This document shows positions 9,662 to 19,831 of a stretch of 64,000 nucleotides of DNA, one piece after another. The notes under the pieces are model-generated. The model saw only the letters and a program-made list of their open reading frames with translations. It had not been told where the DNA came from and did no database searches. The DNA lies in contig OZ243916.1 of NCBI GenBank assembly GCA_965213675.1, forward strand, positions 1,376,001-1,440,000. Reading direction: 5' to 3'. Each line of letters starts with the position of its first letter. Positions within the stretch are counted from its first letter, which is position 1. This DNA is from an uncultured Candidatus Binatia bacterium. GTDB lineage: Bacteria; Desulfobacterota; Binatia; UBA9968; JAJDTQ01. A program made the position numbers and the translations under genes.

Positions 9662-10295
9662 TCACGCCTCACCTTGGAGCCGGACAAGCCCGGGCACGGG
9701 TAGATCAGCCCCCAACAGGGCTTCGATGCGGTCGGCCACGCGCTGAGCGGGCTCGCGGAGTTGCTCGACGGTCCAGTCGGCGGCGTAGCCCTCGGTGATG
9801 TCGTCGTCGCGGGCGTGGTTGACGAGGCGCTTGGTGAGGGGGCGGGGCAGCATAAGATCGCGCTCCGCCACGGTGATGAAGGCGTTGCGCAGCCCGTGAA
9901 ACCAGAAGCGTGTGCGTGCGGCCCTGCCGATACCGGCATGGTAGCGGTGAAGGTTCTTGAGATGGCCGGTGACGCTCGCGGACGAGGGGAACACCCAGCC
10001 CTCGTCCCTGCCCCCGGCCTCGGCCCGGCGGCGATCCAGCACCGCGGCGAGCTGGCGGGTGAGCGGAAGCTCCAGCGGCTCGCCGGTCTTGGTCTCCTCG
10101 ACCCGCAGGATGCCGCGGTCCAGGTCGATGCGCTCCCACCGGAGCGAAACCACCTCACCCAGGCGCATGCCCGTATAGGCTCCAATGGCGAAGATGTCGC
10201 GATGCGCGGGCGGGAGCCCTGCCGCCTCCACCCCGGCGCGCCAGCGGGGCAGCACCTCGGCCGGCGAGGATATCCGCCGGCGGCGCTTGCGGTTG
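9662..10295 (-). pseudogene. Tyrosine integrase catalytic domain, 5'-truncated
   Basis: YTGMRLGEV, ETKTG, FHGLRNAF, LVNHA, TEGYA (R-K-H-R-H-Y present); no arm/core-binding domains or credible start. Confidence 0.8.
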
Positions 10296-10438
10296 AGGAC
10301 CGCGAGAAAGGTGGTCCCACCTCGGTTCACGCCAGTGCGACAGATCCGGTTTCGAGGCCGGTTCCGCACCGGCGCACTGACGCCTGACGTGCGACACGTC
10401 GCGCCAGACCCCGGTGTGCTCGTGGTGCCTGCCGGCTC

Positions 10439-10963
10439 CTACAGCGGCGGGACGAACGCGCCGAAGATGATGCCGGAGAAGAGGTCGACGGCCAGCGTTT
10501 CTTCGAAGATGAAGTAGAAGAAGCCCAGTGCCAGGGCGGTGATGAAGACGGTTCCCGGCCAGGCGATGTTGCCTTGGTAATGGGTGAAGAAGACCGCGAA
10601 CAGGAAAGTCGAGACATAGAACCCGGTGATGAGGACCAGCACTCCGAACACCGCGAACCATATGAACATGCGGACGATGACAGCGAACTCTCCGGCCTTG
10701 GGGCCTTGCGTGGCTTCCTGCGCTTTGGCGCCTTCCTCTTCGGCACCCGTGGCCGAACTCAGGACATCCTCCAGGCTCACCTCGAAGGCGCTGATGATGC
10801 GCGGATAGCGCTCGCCGGCGAGACAGAGGGCCGCCAGCAGCAGGGTCGGCAACGACAGCACCAAGGGCACGAAGCCCGCCATGCCGCCGTAGGAGAACGA
10901 CCACGCGAAGAACAACCCCGCGGCGGCCACCAGAATCACCCCGAGAAGCGTAGCCCCCTTCAT
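10439..10963 (-). CDS. tctB: Tripartite tricarboxylate transporter small membrane subunit
   Basis: Several TM segments; ATGA overlap with the tctA stop. Confidence 0.8.
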   Translation of the reverse strand: MKGATLLGVILVAAAGLFFAWSFSYGGMAGFVPLVLSLPTLLLAALCLAGERYPRIISAFEVSLEDVLSSATGAEEEGAKAQEATQGPKAGEFAVIVRMFIWFAVFGVLVLITGFYVSTFLFAVFFTHYQGNIAWPGTVFITALALGFFYFIFEETLAVDLFSGIIFGAFVPPL

Positions 10964-12453
10964 GACGTCGCCTTTCCTTTCCGGCTCGACAGCCACGGCA
11001 GGCAGAGCATGAGGATGCTGAGGATCATCAGCACGACGGTGACGGGACGCGTGAAGAAGATGGCGTAGGTGCCCCCGGAAATCTGCAGCGACTGCACGAA
11101 GGACAGCTCGGCGCGCACCCCAAGAAGAAATCCGATGACCAGCGTGACCAGCGAGAAGCCGAAACGGTTGAACGCAAAGCCCAGAACGCCCGCGGCGATG
11201 GCAATGCCGATGTCCCAGACGTTCTCGCGCGCGGCGTAGGCGCCGCCCACGGACAGCAGGAAGGCGGCCGGCACCACGTAACCCACGCGCAACGTGGTGA
11301 CCCGGGCGAGGATGTCGGCGCCAAAGGCGGCCATGAGGCTCGCCAGGAAATTGGAGATCACGAAGCCGAAGATCAGCACGAACACAATGTCCATGTGCTC
11401 GCGCACGAAGAAGAAACCGGGCTGGAGCCCGTGGAGGATAAAAGCGCCCAGGAGCACGGCCATGCCGGCGCTGCCGGGAATGCCGAAGATGATGGTGGGC
11501 AGCAGCGCGCCGCCGTCCTTGGCGTCGTTGGAAGCCTCGGAAGCGATAATCCCCTCGGGATTGCCGGTGCCGAACTGTTCCCGATTCTTGGAGAACTGCA
11601 CGGTCATGGAGTAAGACAGGAAATTCGCCAGCACCCCGCCGATGCCGGGGATGATGCCCGCAAGGATCCCGATGGCCGCGCTCCGCACCAGCGTGGCCTT
11701 GTAGTGGAACACTTCCAGGAAACCGCGGAAGGCGCCGAACAGGCCGACCTTGATGCGCTCACCGCCCTCGGCGATGGTCTCGCCCCGCAGCACATGGTTC
11801 ACCAGCTCGGCGATGGCGAACAGCCCGATGAAGAAGGGCACCAGCGGGATTCCATCCCACAGGTAGTTGTCGCTGCCGAAGTTGAACCGCAACACCCCGT
11901 GCACCGGGCTGAAGCCGATAAGCGACAGCAACACGCCGATGCCGGCGGACACAAGCCCCTTGAGCATGTTGCCGCGGGCGGCGTAGGCCACCGTCAGGAG
12001 GCCGAAAACCACCAGCATGAAGAACTCGGGCGGCCCGAAGGAGAGCACGATGACCTTCACGAAGGGGATGAGGATCATCAGGAAGCACATGCCCACCACC
12101 GCGCCGAGAAAGGACGACGCCGCGGCCAGTCCCACCGCCCGGCCCGCTTCGCCCCGGCGCGCCATGGGGTGCCCGTCGAAGCAGGTGGCGGCGTTGGGCG
12201 CCTCACCGGGGATGTTCAGCAGGATGGCGGGAACCGAACCCCCTTCGGTGGCCGCCCCCATCATGCCGGCCATGAGGAACATGGCGGTTTCCGCGTCCCA
12301 CCCGAAGGTGAAGGTCATGCCGATGGTCAAGCCCGCGAGGAACAGTCCGGGGAGGGCGCCCAGGATGAGGCCGGAGACGGCGCCCACGGCCAACACCAGC
12401 AGGTTCATGGGATCGCTGAGCATGCCCATGGCCTGGAGAAAAGGTTCCCACAT
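10960..12453 (-). CDS. tctA: Tripartite tricarboxylate transporter large permease
   Basis: GGSVPAILLNIPG...ATCFDGHPMA, ASEASNDA, GIPGS motifs. Confidence 0.92.
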   Translation of the reverse strand: MWEPFLQAMGMLSDPMNLLVLAVGAVSGLILGALPGLFLAGLTIGMTFTFGWDAETAMFLMAGMMGAATEGGSVPAILLNIPGEAPNAATCFDGHPMARRGEAGRAVGLAAASSFLGAVVGMCFLMILIPFVKVIVLSFGPPEFFMLVVFGLLTVAYAARGNMLKGLVSAGIGVLLSLIGFSPVHGVLRFNFGSDNYLWDGIPLVPFFIGLFAIAELVNHVLRGETIAEGGERIKVGLFGAFRGFLEVFHYKATLVRSAAIGILAGIIPGIGGVLANFLSYSMTVQFSKNREQFGTGNPEGIIASEASNDAKDGGALLPTIIFGIPGSAGMAVLLGAFILHGLQPGFFFVREHMDIVFVLIFGFVISNFLASLMAAFGADILARVTTLRVGYVVPAAFLLSVGGAYAARENVWDIGIAIAAGVLGFAFNRFGFSLVTLVIGFLLGVRAELSFVQSLQISGGTYAIFFTRPVTVVLMILSILMLCLPWLSSRKGKATS

Positions 12454-12569
12454 GAATTCGTTCCTCGGACTTGGCCCGTGCGGTTCCCGGCGTTGCGCCG
12501 GGGGCCCGCGTCGTTATCCGCGAAGGCGGCCGGAGCAGGCCCCGGCCGCGGTCGCGTCGAAGCGGGTTG

Positions 12570-13553
12570 CTACTTGGCCTTGGCGGCCGCGCGCATTTCC
12601 GTGAGGTTCGCGCTGAACAGGTCTTCGTAGTACTTCAGGTCTTCGATGACACTCGATCCAGGCCCTTCCACCAGCACGATGGACGACGACTTCTTCCAAT
12701 CGACATAGTCCTTGTCCCGCATGGCCTTGAGCAAAAGGTCCTCGAGGATCTTCGCCCGGTCCTCGGGGATTCCCGGAGGGCCGCCGAAGGCGCGCAGGTC
12801 GCTGAAGTAGAGGTCGGCGCCCATCTCGTAGGAAGTCTGCACGTCGGGTGCGTTGACGGCTCGCTTCCGGTCCAGTTGCACCACCGGACGCAGGTCCGTG
12901 CCGAGATAGGATGTCACCGACGGATGGTCGATGGGCTGCGCCCAGACGTCGAAGTCGCCGCGCAGGAGCGCCGGCAGCGATTCACCCGTGCCACGGTAGC
13001 CGGCCACCACGTTAAAATCGATGCCGAAAGCCTTGGCGGCCAGGAACGAGCCCAACCACCGTCCCACGCCGATTCCCTCAACCCCCCAGGTCACACGCTC
13101 CGCCTTCTGCAGATCCGCGATGGACTTGTGGGGCCCCTTGGCCGACACGTGGAGACCGAAGGCGTCCGCGCCCACCCGGGCGAGCCACGTGTACTTGCTG
13201 GTCTCGAAGCCGACGGGGGTATCCGAGAGCATCTGATCGCCGAGCATCCCGGAGGCCTGGAAGTGCGCGATGGTGTAGCCGTCGGGCTTTGCGCGGTACA
13301 TGAACACCGAGGCGCGGCGGCCGGCGGCGCCGGTCACGTTCTTGACGATCACGTTCACGCCCTTGGGAACGAACTTCTTCATGCTCCGGGCGGTGGCGCG
13401 GGCGATGGAATCGTAACCGCCGCCGGGCGAGAAGGGAACGATGATGCTGATGTTGCGGTCGGGGAACTCGGCGCGCGCATGGGAAAGCGGCAGGGACGCG
13501 GCCAGTCCCAGCACGAGAGCGCCCAACAGGATTCGAGTCGTCAGATTTCGCAT
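12570..13553 (-). CDS. tctC: Tripartite tricarboxylate transporter substrate-binding protein (Bug family)
   Basis: Signal peptide, FPDRNISIIVPFSPGGGYD, KPDGYT, YRGTG. Confidence 0.9.
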   Translation of the reverse strand: MRNLTTRILLGALVLGLAASLPLSHARAEFPDRNISIIVPFSPGGGYDSIARATARSMKKFVPKGVNVIVKNVTGAAGRRASVFMYRAKPDGYTIAHFQASGMLGDQMLSDTPVGFETSKYTWLARVGADAFGLHVSAKGPHKSIADLQKAERVTWGVEGIGVGRWLGSFLAAKAFGIDFNVVAGYRGTGESLPALLRGDFDVWAQPIDHPSVTSYLGTDLRPVVQLDRKRAVNAPDVQTSYEMGADLYFSDLRAFGGPPGIPEDRAKILEDLLLKAMRDKDYVDWKKSSSIVLVEGPGSSVIEDLKYYEDLFSANLTEMRAAAKAK

Positions 13554-13885
13554 GTCATTCCTCCGTCATTACGCTGAAAACCGCTGCAAAAGCGCCTTTC
13601 ACGGCCATTTTTTGCCCGCGATGGGCTCAAGTTGTGTCACGGGTTGCCGATTGGTTGGGATGAAGGCAATAAGCATGACCTTTTATGGAGGTCCCCCGGC
13701 ATTGTCAAGGGTCGTGAAGGATATTTCGTTGGAGCACGCTTTCCGGTGTTGCGCTCTCTCCGCCAAGCGCGGCGAAAACCTTGCCGCCCGAGGGATCCCC
13801 GCGCTCTGAATCAATTTGACTCGGTGGGGCGCAACCGATAAGGTCCACGCTTCACTTGCCCATACTCTTGACGTGAGGTGCGCAC

Positions 13886-14323
13886 ATGGCCGTGAATATC
13901 GCTATTATCGCAGGAAACCTTGGCAGGGACCCCGAGGTCCGATTCACGCAGTCCGGCCGCGCGGTGGCCAATCTTTCGGTCGCCACGTCCGAAGCTTGGA
14001 CCGACCAGGACGGCGCCCGTCAGGAGCGCACCGAGTGGCACAGGGTTGTCGTGTTCGGCAAGACGGCCGAGTCTTGTGGACAGTACCTCGCAAAGGGACG
14101 CCAAGTGTGTGTCCAAGGCAGGATCCAGACCCGCAAGTGGACCGACCAGAACGGCCAAGACCGCTATACCACTGAAATCGTGGCCCAGCGCGTCGATTTC
14201 CTTGGCGGCGGAGGAGGAGGCGCCCGGGCCTCCCAGGAAACCCAGGAAACGGGCTTTGGCGGCTCGTCGCCCGCCTCCTACCCGGCCCAGTCCCCGCCCA
14301 TCGACGACGACATCCCCTTTTAG
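13886..14323 (+). CDS. ssb: Single-stranded DNA-binding protein
   Basis: [18 protein letters not shown]-terminal DDDIPF. Confidence 0.97.
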   Translation: MAVNIAIIAGNLGRDPEVRFTQSGRAVANLSVATSEAWTDQDGARQERTEWHRVVVFGKTAESCGQYLAKGRQVCVQGRIQTRKWTDQNGQDRYTTEIVAQRVDFLGGGGGGARASQETQETGFGGSSPASYPAQSPPIDDDIPF

Positions 14324-14451
14324 GAGCCTGTCGGGTTTATCGAATCGTGATCGGCCGCGTGAACGATTTCATGCAGGCCCCCCCTGTCCGACTCGCGAAT
14401 TCCTGCGGTGCGGGATCCTCGCGGCAGGTCTCTGATACACTCGACAGACTC
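14324..14451. mobile_element. MITE-like element, 128-bp variant
   Basis: Ends GAGCCTGTCGGGTTTATC ... GATACACTCGACAGACTC; begins right after the ssb TAG. Confidence 0.65.
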
Positions 14452-14650
14452 CCAGCGCCGGCCCTCGTGCTGGCGCGAACTTCGTCAACCCGAAGTGCCG
14501 TTGCGGGATGGACCCGTCGCCACGGCCTGCCTCGATTCACGACTGGAAGGAAAATGACAGCATTTCTTGACGTTTATCAGAAGAAAACACACTTGCCGGT
14601 ATTTTCCACTATTCCGTTGGCAGGTGCCCGTTCTCATCTGGAAACCTGTA

Positions 14651-15523
14651 ATGCCGACAAGGAAGACTCCCCGCCTTTCAAGTCCCTCCAAGAACAAGAT
14701 TCGGGACTTCATTGACGACGAAAAGTCTCTGGGCCGCACCACCAAAGGACAGATCGCGGCAGCCATCGGCATTCGGCCAAGTCACTTCTCCAACCTGTTG
14801 AACGGACGCAATGAATGGAAACTGAACCAACTGGAGAAACTGGCCGAGTTTCTGGGCGTACCCCTCACGCGGCTGTTCGCCGACAGGGACAACGGGAGTC
14901 TGGAACGTCCTTCGCCACGGAGCCGGGAGGCGGAAATCGAGGATAGGCTCCGGCGCGCCCTGAGGGCGGAAGCCAGGGAACTCCGCGCCGGCCTGCGGCG
15001 GGATGTGGACTTCCTGCTGCGCGAACGGCGCGCGGGAAGCGGCGACGCATCAAGCGGCGACGCCTCGCTTGGCGCCTACACCACGGACCGCTCGCCTTCG
15101 GACTACCTGACGGACGAAGACGACCCTCACCACGCGCCGCTCGTGGAGATACGGGAGTCCGACCCGGCCTATGCCGCGCCTCATGCGGCCCCAGCTTCCC
15201 AATCCGTGTGGTTCGGGCTTCACTGGTTGCGCCAGCAGGGGCTGGACTCCACCGAGTGCGTCCTGGTCAGGATTCAAGACGATTCCATGGGGAGCACCCT
15301 CCCGGAGGGCTGTTCCGTGCTGGTGAACCGGAAACAGCGGCAGCGGCGCGTGGGGTGCATCCTGGCACTGCACACCGGCGACGAGCTGTGGGTCCGGCGC
15401 GCGGGGAAGAATGCGTCCGGTGCCTGGACGCTGGAATGCGATCACCCCGACCGTCCGCCCGCAGAGTGGCCTGATGACGCGCAGATCATCGGCGAAGTCC
15501 GCTGGATGGCTCGGACGTTCTGA
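14651..15523 (+). CDS. XRE HTH plus S24-like domain repressor (CI/LexA-like)
   Basis: KGQIAAAIGIRPSHFSNLLNGRNEW HTH; C-terminal RIQDDSMGSTLPEG...IIGEVRW. Confidence 0.85.
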   Translation: MPTRKTPRLSSPSKNKIRDFIDDEKSLGRTTKGQIAAAIGIRPSHFSNLLNGRNEWKLNQLEKLAEFLGVPLTRLFADRDNGSLERPSPRSREAEIEDRLRRALRAEARELRAGLRRDVDFLLRERRAGSGDASSGDASLGAYTTDRSPSDYLTDEDDPHHAPLVEIRESDPAYAAPHAAPASQSVWFGLHWLRQQGLDSTECVLVRIQDDSMGSTLPEGCSVLVNRKQRQRRVGCILALHTGDELWVRRAGKNASGAWTLECDHPDRPPAEWPDDAQIIGEVRWMARTF

Positions 15524-15625
15524 GCAGAAACACGTACCCAACCTGAACAAGTACCCACCTTGACCCGCTCCCACCGGCTGTAATAGACATGGCTTGTGGC
15601 GGAAACCCTGAAAGGAGAACGAACA

Positions 15626-16537
15626 ATGGGTGAGTTGGTCAAGATCAATGTGGAGAGCGCGGAGGCAGTGCTTGGTCTCCACTGGTTCGTGGCGCGGGAG
15701 GAGGGACTCTTCGAAGAGGAAGGCATGGAAGTGGAGATTTTCTTGCCCGGCGTGCGTGAAACCAGGTTCGCCGACGACGATCCGCGCCGCACCGACCACA
15801 CCTTGGTGCAATCCACCAACTACCAGTTCCTGTACGAGCAGAAAAAAGTGGACATCATGCGCGCCTGTTCCTGGGGACAGGTACGGCGGGCCTACGACAG
15901 CGAGCGCGGCGCCCCCATCTGGACCAAGCGCCCAGCGGTGGTGTGCCAAGGGATCTACGTCCTCCCGGACTCGCCGGTGAACGCCCCCATGCAACTCGCC
16001 AACAGGAGCGTCGGCGTCCAGTACCATCAGGGGTCGCACTACCACACCCTGTCGCTGCTGGAGGGCTTCGTCGCCCGCGACGCAATGAACGTGGTGCACG
16101 CCGGCACGGTGCGGGAACGGTTCGAGGCGCTGGAGAACGGCGAGGTGGACGCGGCCACGCTCATGGAGCCGTGGATTTCGCTGGCCCAGAAACGCGGCTA
16201 CAAGATGATTACCGAAGGCCACTATCTCGGCGTGGAAAACGGACCCGCCGACATGGACCCCGAGTTGCTCAAGCGCATGCTGCGGGCCATCAAGAAATCC
16301 GTCACCTACATCAACAAGAACCCCAGGAAATACATCAAGCACATGCTGGCCGAGATCCCCGAGCACTACGCCAACGAACTCACGCCGGACGACTTCTACC
16401 TGCCGCGGCTGCGCTACGTGGACCCGGAGCCCTACACCGAAGAAGAGTTCCAGCGCCAGTATCAGTGGATGCTCACCTGGAACCTGATCCCCGAGGACGC
16501 GGAGTACACCGAGTTGGTGTGCAACGTGACCGTCTGA
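15626..16537 (+). CDS. NMT1/THI5/SsuA-like substrate-binding-fold protein
   Basis: VAREEGLFEEEGMEVE, ALENGEVDAATLMEP; AAAGGAG RBS; no signal peptide evident. Confidence 0.75.
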   Translation: MGELVKINVESAEAVLGLHWFVAREEGLFEEEGMEVEIFLPGVRETRFADDDPRRTDHTLVQSTNYQFLYEQKKVDIMRACSWGQVRRAYDSERGAPIWTKRPAVVCQGIYVLPDSPVNAPMQLANRSVGVQYHQGSHYHTLSLLEGFVARDAMNVVHAGTVRERFEALENGEVDAATLMEPWISLAQKRGYKMITEGHYLGVENGPADMDPELLKRMLRAIKKSVTYINKNPRKYIKHMLAEIPEHYANELTPDDFYLPRLRYVDPEPYTEEEFQRQYQWMLTWNLIPEDAEYTELVCNVTV

Positions 16538-16631
16538 ACCCGCAGGCGCGACCCGCGGCCGCCCTTGGCGGTCCACGTCACGGTGCGGCCAGGGGCGCCT
16601 GCCAGTTCTACGGTTGTGTGGCCGGGCCGGA

Positions 16632-19049
16632 TCAGGAGGCGGGAGCCTGAACTGAGGCGCGGGCCTTTTCGATTTCGGCCCACACACGCTCGGGGGTCAG
16701 CGGCAGGTGGTCGAAGGCGCAGCCCAGGGGCGCCAGGGCGTTCTCCACGGCATTGCAGATGGCGGCCGGCGCGGGAATGGCGCCGCCCTCCCCCACTCCT
16801 TTCATCCCCAAGGGGGTGTACGGCGACGGCGTCACCAAGTGGTCCATGCGCACGTCTGGAATCTCCACCGCGGTGGGCTTGAGGTAATCGACGAAGGTAG
16901 TGGCGTTGAGGTTCCCATCCGCATCGTAGTCGAACTCTTCGAACAGCGCCGCGCCGATGCCATGCGCCGTGGCCCCCTGCACCAGCCCCTCCACGATGGA
17001 CGGGTTCAGCACCGTGCCGCAATCGTGCACCACTCCGTACTTGAGGATGGTGACGCCGCCGGTATCCGGGTCCACCTCCACCACCACGCCGTGGGCGGCG
17101 TTGCTGGCGAATAACTGATTGCGCACGCGGCGGTTCTCGTCGGGAACGTTGGCGAGATTCGAACTGTAGTAGAACCGCCCCTCCAGACCCGGCTCCATGT
17201 CCGGCGGCAACGACAGCAGGTCACGGTAGGCCACGAAGGCCAGCTCGGCCAGGGTCTTGCGATGTTCGTGCCGGTCCCGGGCGCGTACGCCGCCGTCCGC
17301 CAGTTCCAGGTTCTCCACGGGCTCCGCCAACAGGTGCGCGGCCAGGCTCAGCAGCTTGTCGCGCACCTTGCGCGCGGCCCCGAGGATGGCGCCCACGTCG
17401 GTGCCGGCGAACTTGTTCGAGTAATTGCCGGTGGCGTAAAGCCACGGCGTCACCGCGGAGTCGAAGAACGGCGACACCCGCACCCCGTCCATGGCCACGC
17501 CCAACTCGTCGGCGATGATCTGCGCCGCGGCGGTCTCGTGGCCCTGGCCGCTACCTACGTCCCCCAGGAGCGCCAGGATGCTGCCGTCGTGCTCCACCCG
17601 CACCATGGCCGCCTCGGCCGAGCCCGAGGCATTGCGCCGGCCCGACGACAGGATGTAGGCGGACTGATTGGACGTGCTGGGCTCCAGTCCGATGGCGATG
17701 CCGATGCCCAGGTAGCGTCCCTGGGCGCGCGCCTCCCGCTGTTCCCGCAGGAATTCCTGGTAATCGATGAGCGGCAGCAGCTTGTCCAGGGTGCCGCCAA
17801 AGTCGCCGCTGTCGATGAGCGCGCCGCTGGGGCCGGTGTAGGGCATGGCGTCGGGCGGCACGAGATTTCTGCGCCTGAGCTCGATGGGGTCCATGTCGAG
17901 CTGCCGCGCCAGGTAGTCCATCATGCGTTCCATGGCCAGGCACATGAACGGTTTGCCGATGCCCCGGTTGGCGCCGGACGGGCACTTGTTGGTCATCACC
18001 GAGTTGACCTCGTAACGCACCACTGGAATGCGATAGCAATTGGTCAGGTTGCCGAGCTTGAGGATCGAATGCACCGTGGGGTTGAGGACATTGGCGCCCT
18101 CGTCGGCAATGTCGCGCACCTTCATGCCGAGGATGCGGCCGTCCTCGTCCAGGGCCATCTCCAGGTCCATGATGCCGTTGCACGCGTGGATCAGCGCCAT
18201 GAGGTTCTCGCGGCGGTCTTCCAGGTAGCGCACCGGCCTGCCGCCGCTCAGCTTGGAAAGAAGCGAGGCAATGATCAGGTACTGAGCCTTGCGCTTGTTG
18301 CCGAAGCCGCCGCCCACGTCCGGCGTGACGAAACGGATCTGCGCATGGGTGAGACCCAGGCTATGGGCGACAATGGGCATGGCTTGGCCCGGGCGCTGGT
18401 CATTGGACCAGACCGTGAGCTGCTCCCGGTGGTCGTCGTAGACCGCGGTGCAACCGAAGGTCTCCAGCGCCGTGGACGAATAGCGCTGGATGTAGAAGCG
18501 CTTCTTGAAGACATGGACCGCCCGCGCGAACGCCGCGTCCGTGTCGCCGTAATCGAAGCGGTCCTGCCACATGACATTGGTCCCCATGGACTCGAACAGC
18601 AGCGGCGCATCCGCCTCCATGGCCGCCTCGGGGTCCACCGCCGCGGGCAGGGGGTCGTACTCCACCCGGATCTTCTCCAGCGCGTCCTCCGCCAGGTAGC
18701 GGCTGGCGGCCAGAATGGCGGCTACGGGCTCGCCCACGTGGGTAACCTTGCCGTAGGCCAGGCAATAGGCGTCGAGCTGAACCGGTATGGGAATCAGGGA
18801 ACGCAGCGGCTTGGTCATGCGCCCCGCGTCCTCGCCTGTGAGGCCGCACACGACGCCCGGCATGGCCAGCGCCTCGGTCATGTCCACGTTCACAATGCGC
18901 GCGTGGGCGTGAACGCTCCGCAACAGAGCGACATGAAGCGTGTCCGGAAACTTCATGTCGTCGATGTAGGTGCCCCGTCCAGTGGAAAACCGCACGTCCT
19001 CGCGCAGCCGAACCGCGCGTCCCTTCCATTGGGTGGATGAAGGTTCCAT
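16632..19049 (-). CDS. Xanthine dehydrogenase-family molybdopterin large subunit
   Basis: REDVRFSTGRGTYIDD, DVGGGFG, GQGHET, KGVGEGG. Confidence 0.93.
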   Translation of the reverse strand: MEPSSTQWKGRAVRLREDVRFSTGRGTYIDDMKFPDTLHVALLRSVHAHARIVNVDMTEALAMPGVVCGLTGEDAGRMTKPLRSLIPIPVQLDAYCLAYGKVTHVGEPVAAILAASRYLAEDALEKIRVEYDPLPAAVDPEAAMEADAPLLFESMGTNVMWQDRFDYGDTDAAFARAVHVFKKRFYIQRYSSTALETFGCTAVYDDHREQLTVWSNDQRPGQAMPIVAHSLGLTHAQIRFVTPDVGGGFGNKRKAQYLIIASLLSKLSGGRPVRYLEDRRENLMALIHACNGIMDLEMALDEDGRILGMKVRDIADEGANVLNPTVHSILKLGNLTNCYRIPVVRYEVNSVMTNKCPSGANRGIGKPFMCLAMERMMDYLARQLDMDPIELRRRNLVPPDAMPYTGPSGALIDSGDFGGTLDKLLPLIDYQEFLREQREARAQGRYLGIGIAIGLEPSTSNQSAYILSSGRRNASGSAEAAMVRVEHDGSILALLGDVGSGQGHETAAAQIIADELGVAMDGVRVSPFFDSAVTPWLYATGNYSNKFAGTDVGAILGAARKVRDKLLSLAAHLLAEPVENLELADGGVRARDRHEHRKTLAELAFVAYRDLLSLPPDMEPGLEGRFYYSSNLANVPDENRRVRNQLFASNAAHGVVVEVDPDTGGVTILKYGVVHDCGTVLNPSIVEGLVQGATAHGIGAALFEEFDYDADGNLNATTFVDYLKPTAVEIPDVRMDHLVTPSPYTPLGMKGVGEGGAIPAPAAICNAVENALAPLGCAFDHLPLTPERVWAEIEKARASVQAPAS

Positions 19050-19106
19050 GAGATCGCCTTTCCAGACAGCCCTGCAGGCCCGCGCCGCGGAAGTCCCCGC
19101 CTCTAG

Positions 19107-19265
19107 GAGTCTGTCGGGTTTATCAAGAATCTACTGCGAGGCAGCGAAATGGGTCCATTCCCGGTTGGATTTTCGTCCAATATTACCAAACTTCTCCTCA
19201 AATCCGCCCGAAACTGGCCTCCATTTCTCTGCCTCTCGCTACGATTCGATAATCCCGACAGGCTC
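19107..19265. mobile_element. MITE, 159 bp
   Basis: TIRs GAGTCTGTCGGGTTTATC / GATAATCCCGACAGGCTC, flanks CTAG/CTGG; near-identical inverted copy at 33541-33699. Confidence 0.85.
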
Positions 19266-19303
19266 CTGGTGTCATGTGCCGGGTGCGCCTGCCGGCGCGC
19301 CCA

Positions 19304-19831
19304 TCACCGCGCCCGGACTCTGGGCGCTGCGGCGCGCACCGCCCGAACGATGCCCGCGTAGCCGGTACACATGCACAGGTTGCCGGACAGAGCCTCGCGC
19401 ACCTGGGTCTCGGTGGGGTCCGGGCAGCGATGCAACAGGTCCACCGCCGCCAGCAGCATGCCCGGGGTGCAGAAGCCGCACTGAAGCGCGTGGTGATCCA
19501 CGAAGGCCTGCTGCAACGGGCTCAGCGCCTGCTCCCCGCCGAGCCCTTCCACCGTGACGATCTCGTGGCCGTCCGCCTGGACGGCGAAGAGAATGCACGA
19601 ACGCACCACGTCGCCGTCCATCAACACGGAGCAGGCGCCGCACACGCCGTGTTCGCAGCCCACATGGACACCAGTGAAGCCCGCGTCCTCGCGCAGGAAG
19701 TCCGCGAGGGTCTTGCGCACCTCCACCTCCGCGGCGCAACGGGTCCCGTTGACCGTCACCGAGATGGCGCGCCGGTCGGTCGCTGCGTCCATCCCCCCAC
19801 CCGTCGATCCGTTTTTCAATTCCGACTCCAT
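19304..19831 (-). CDS. Xanthine dehydrogenase-family 2Fe-2S small subunit
   Basis: GCEHGVCGAC...SC; QCGFCTPG...NLCMCTGY. Confidence 0.95.
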   Translation of the reverse strand: MESELKNGSTGGGMDAATDRRAISVTVNGTRCAAEVEVRKTLADFLREDAGFTGVHVGCEHGVCGACSVLMDGDVVRSCILFAVQADGHEIVTVEGLGGEQALSPLQQAFVDHHALQCGFCTPGMLLAAVDLLHRCPDPTETQVREALSGNLCMCTGYAGIVRAVRAAAPRVRAR

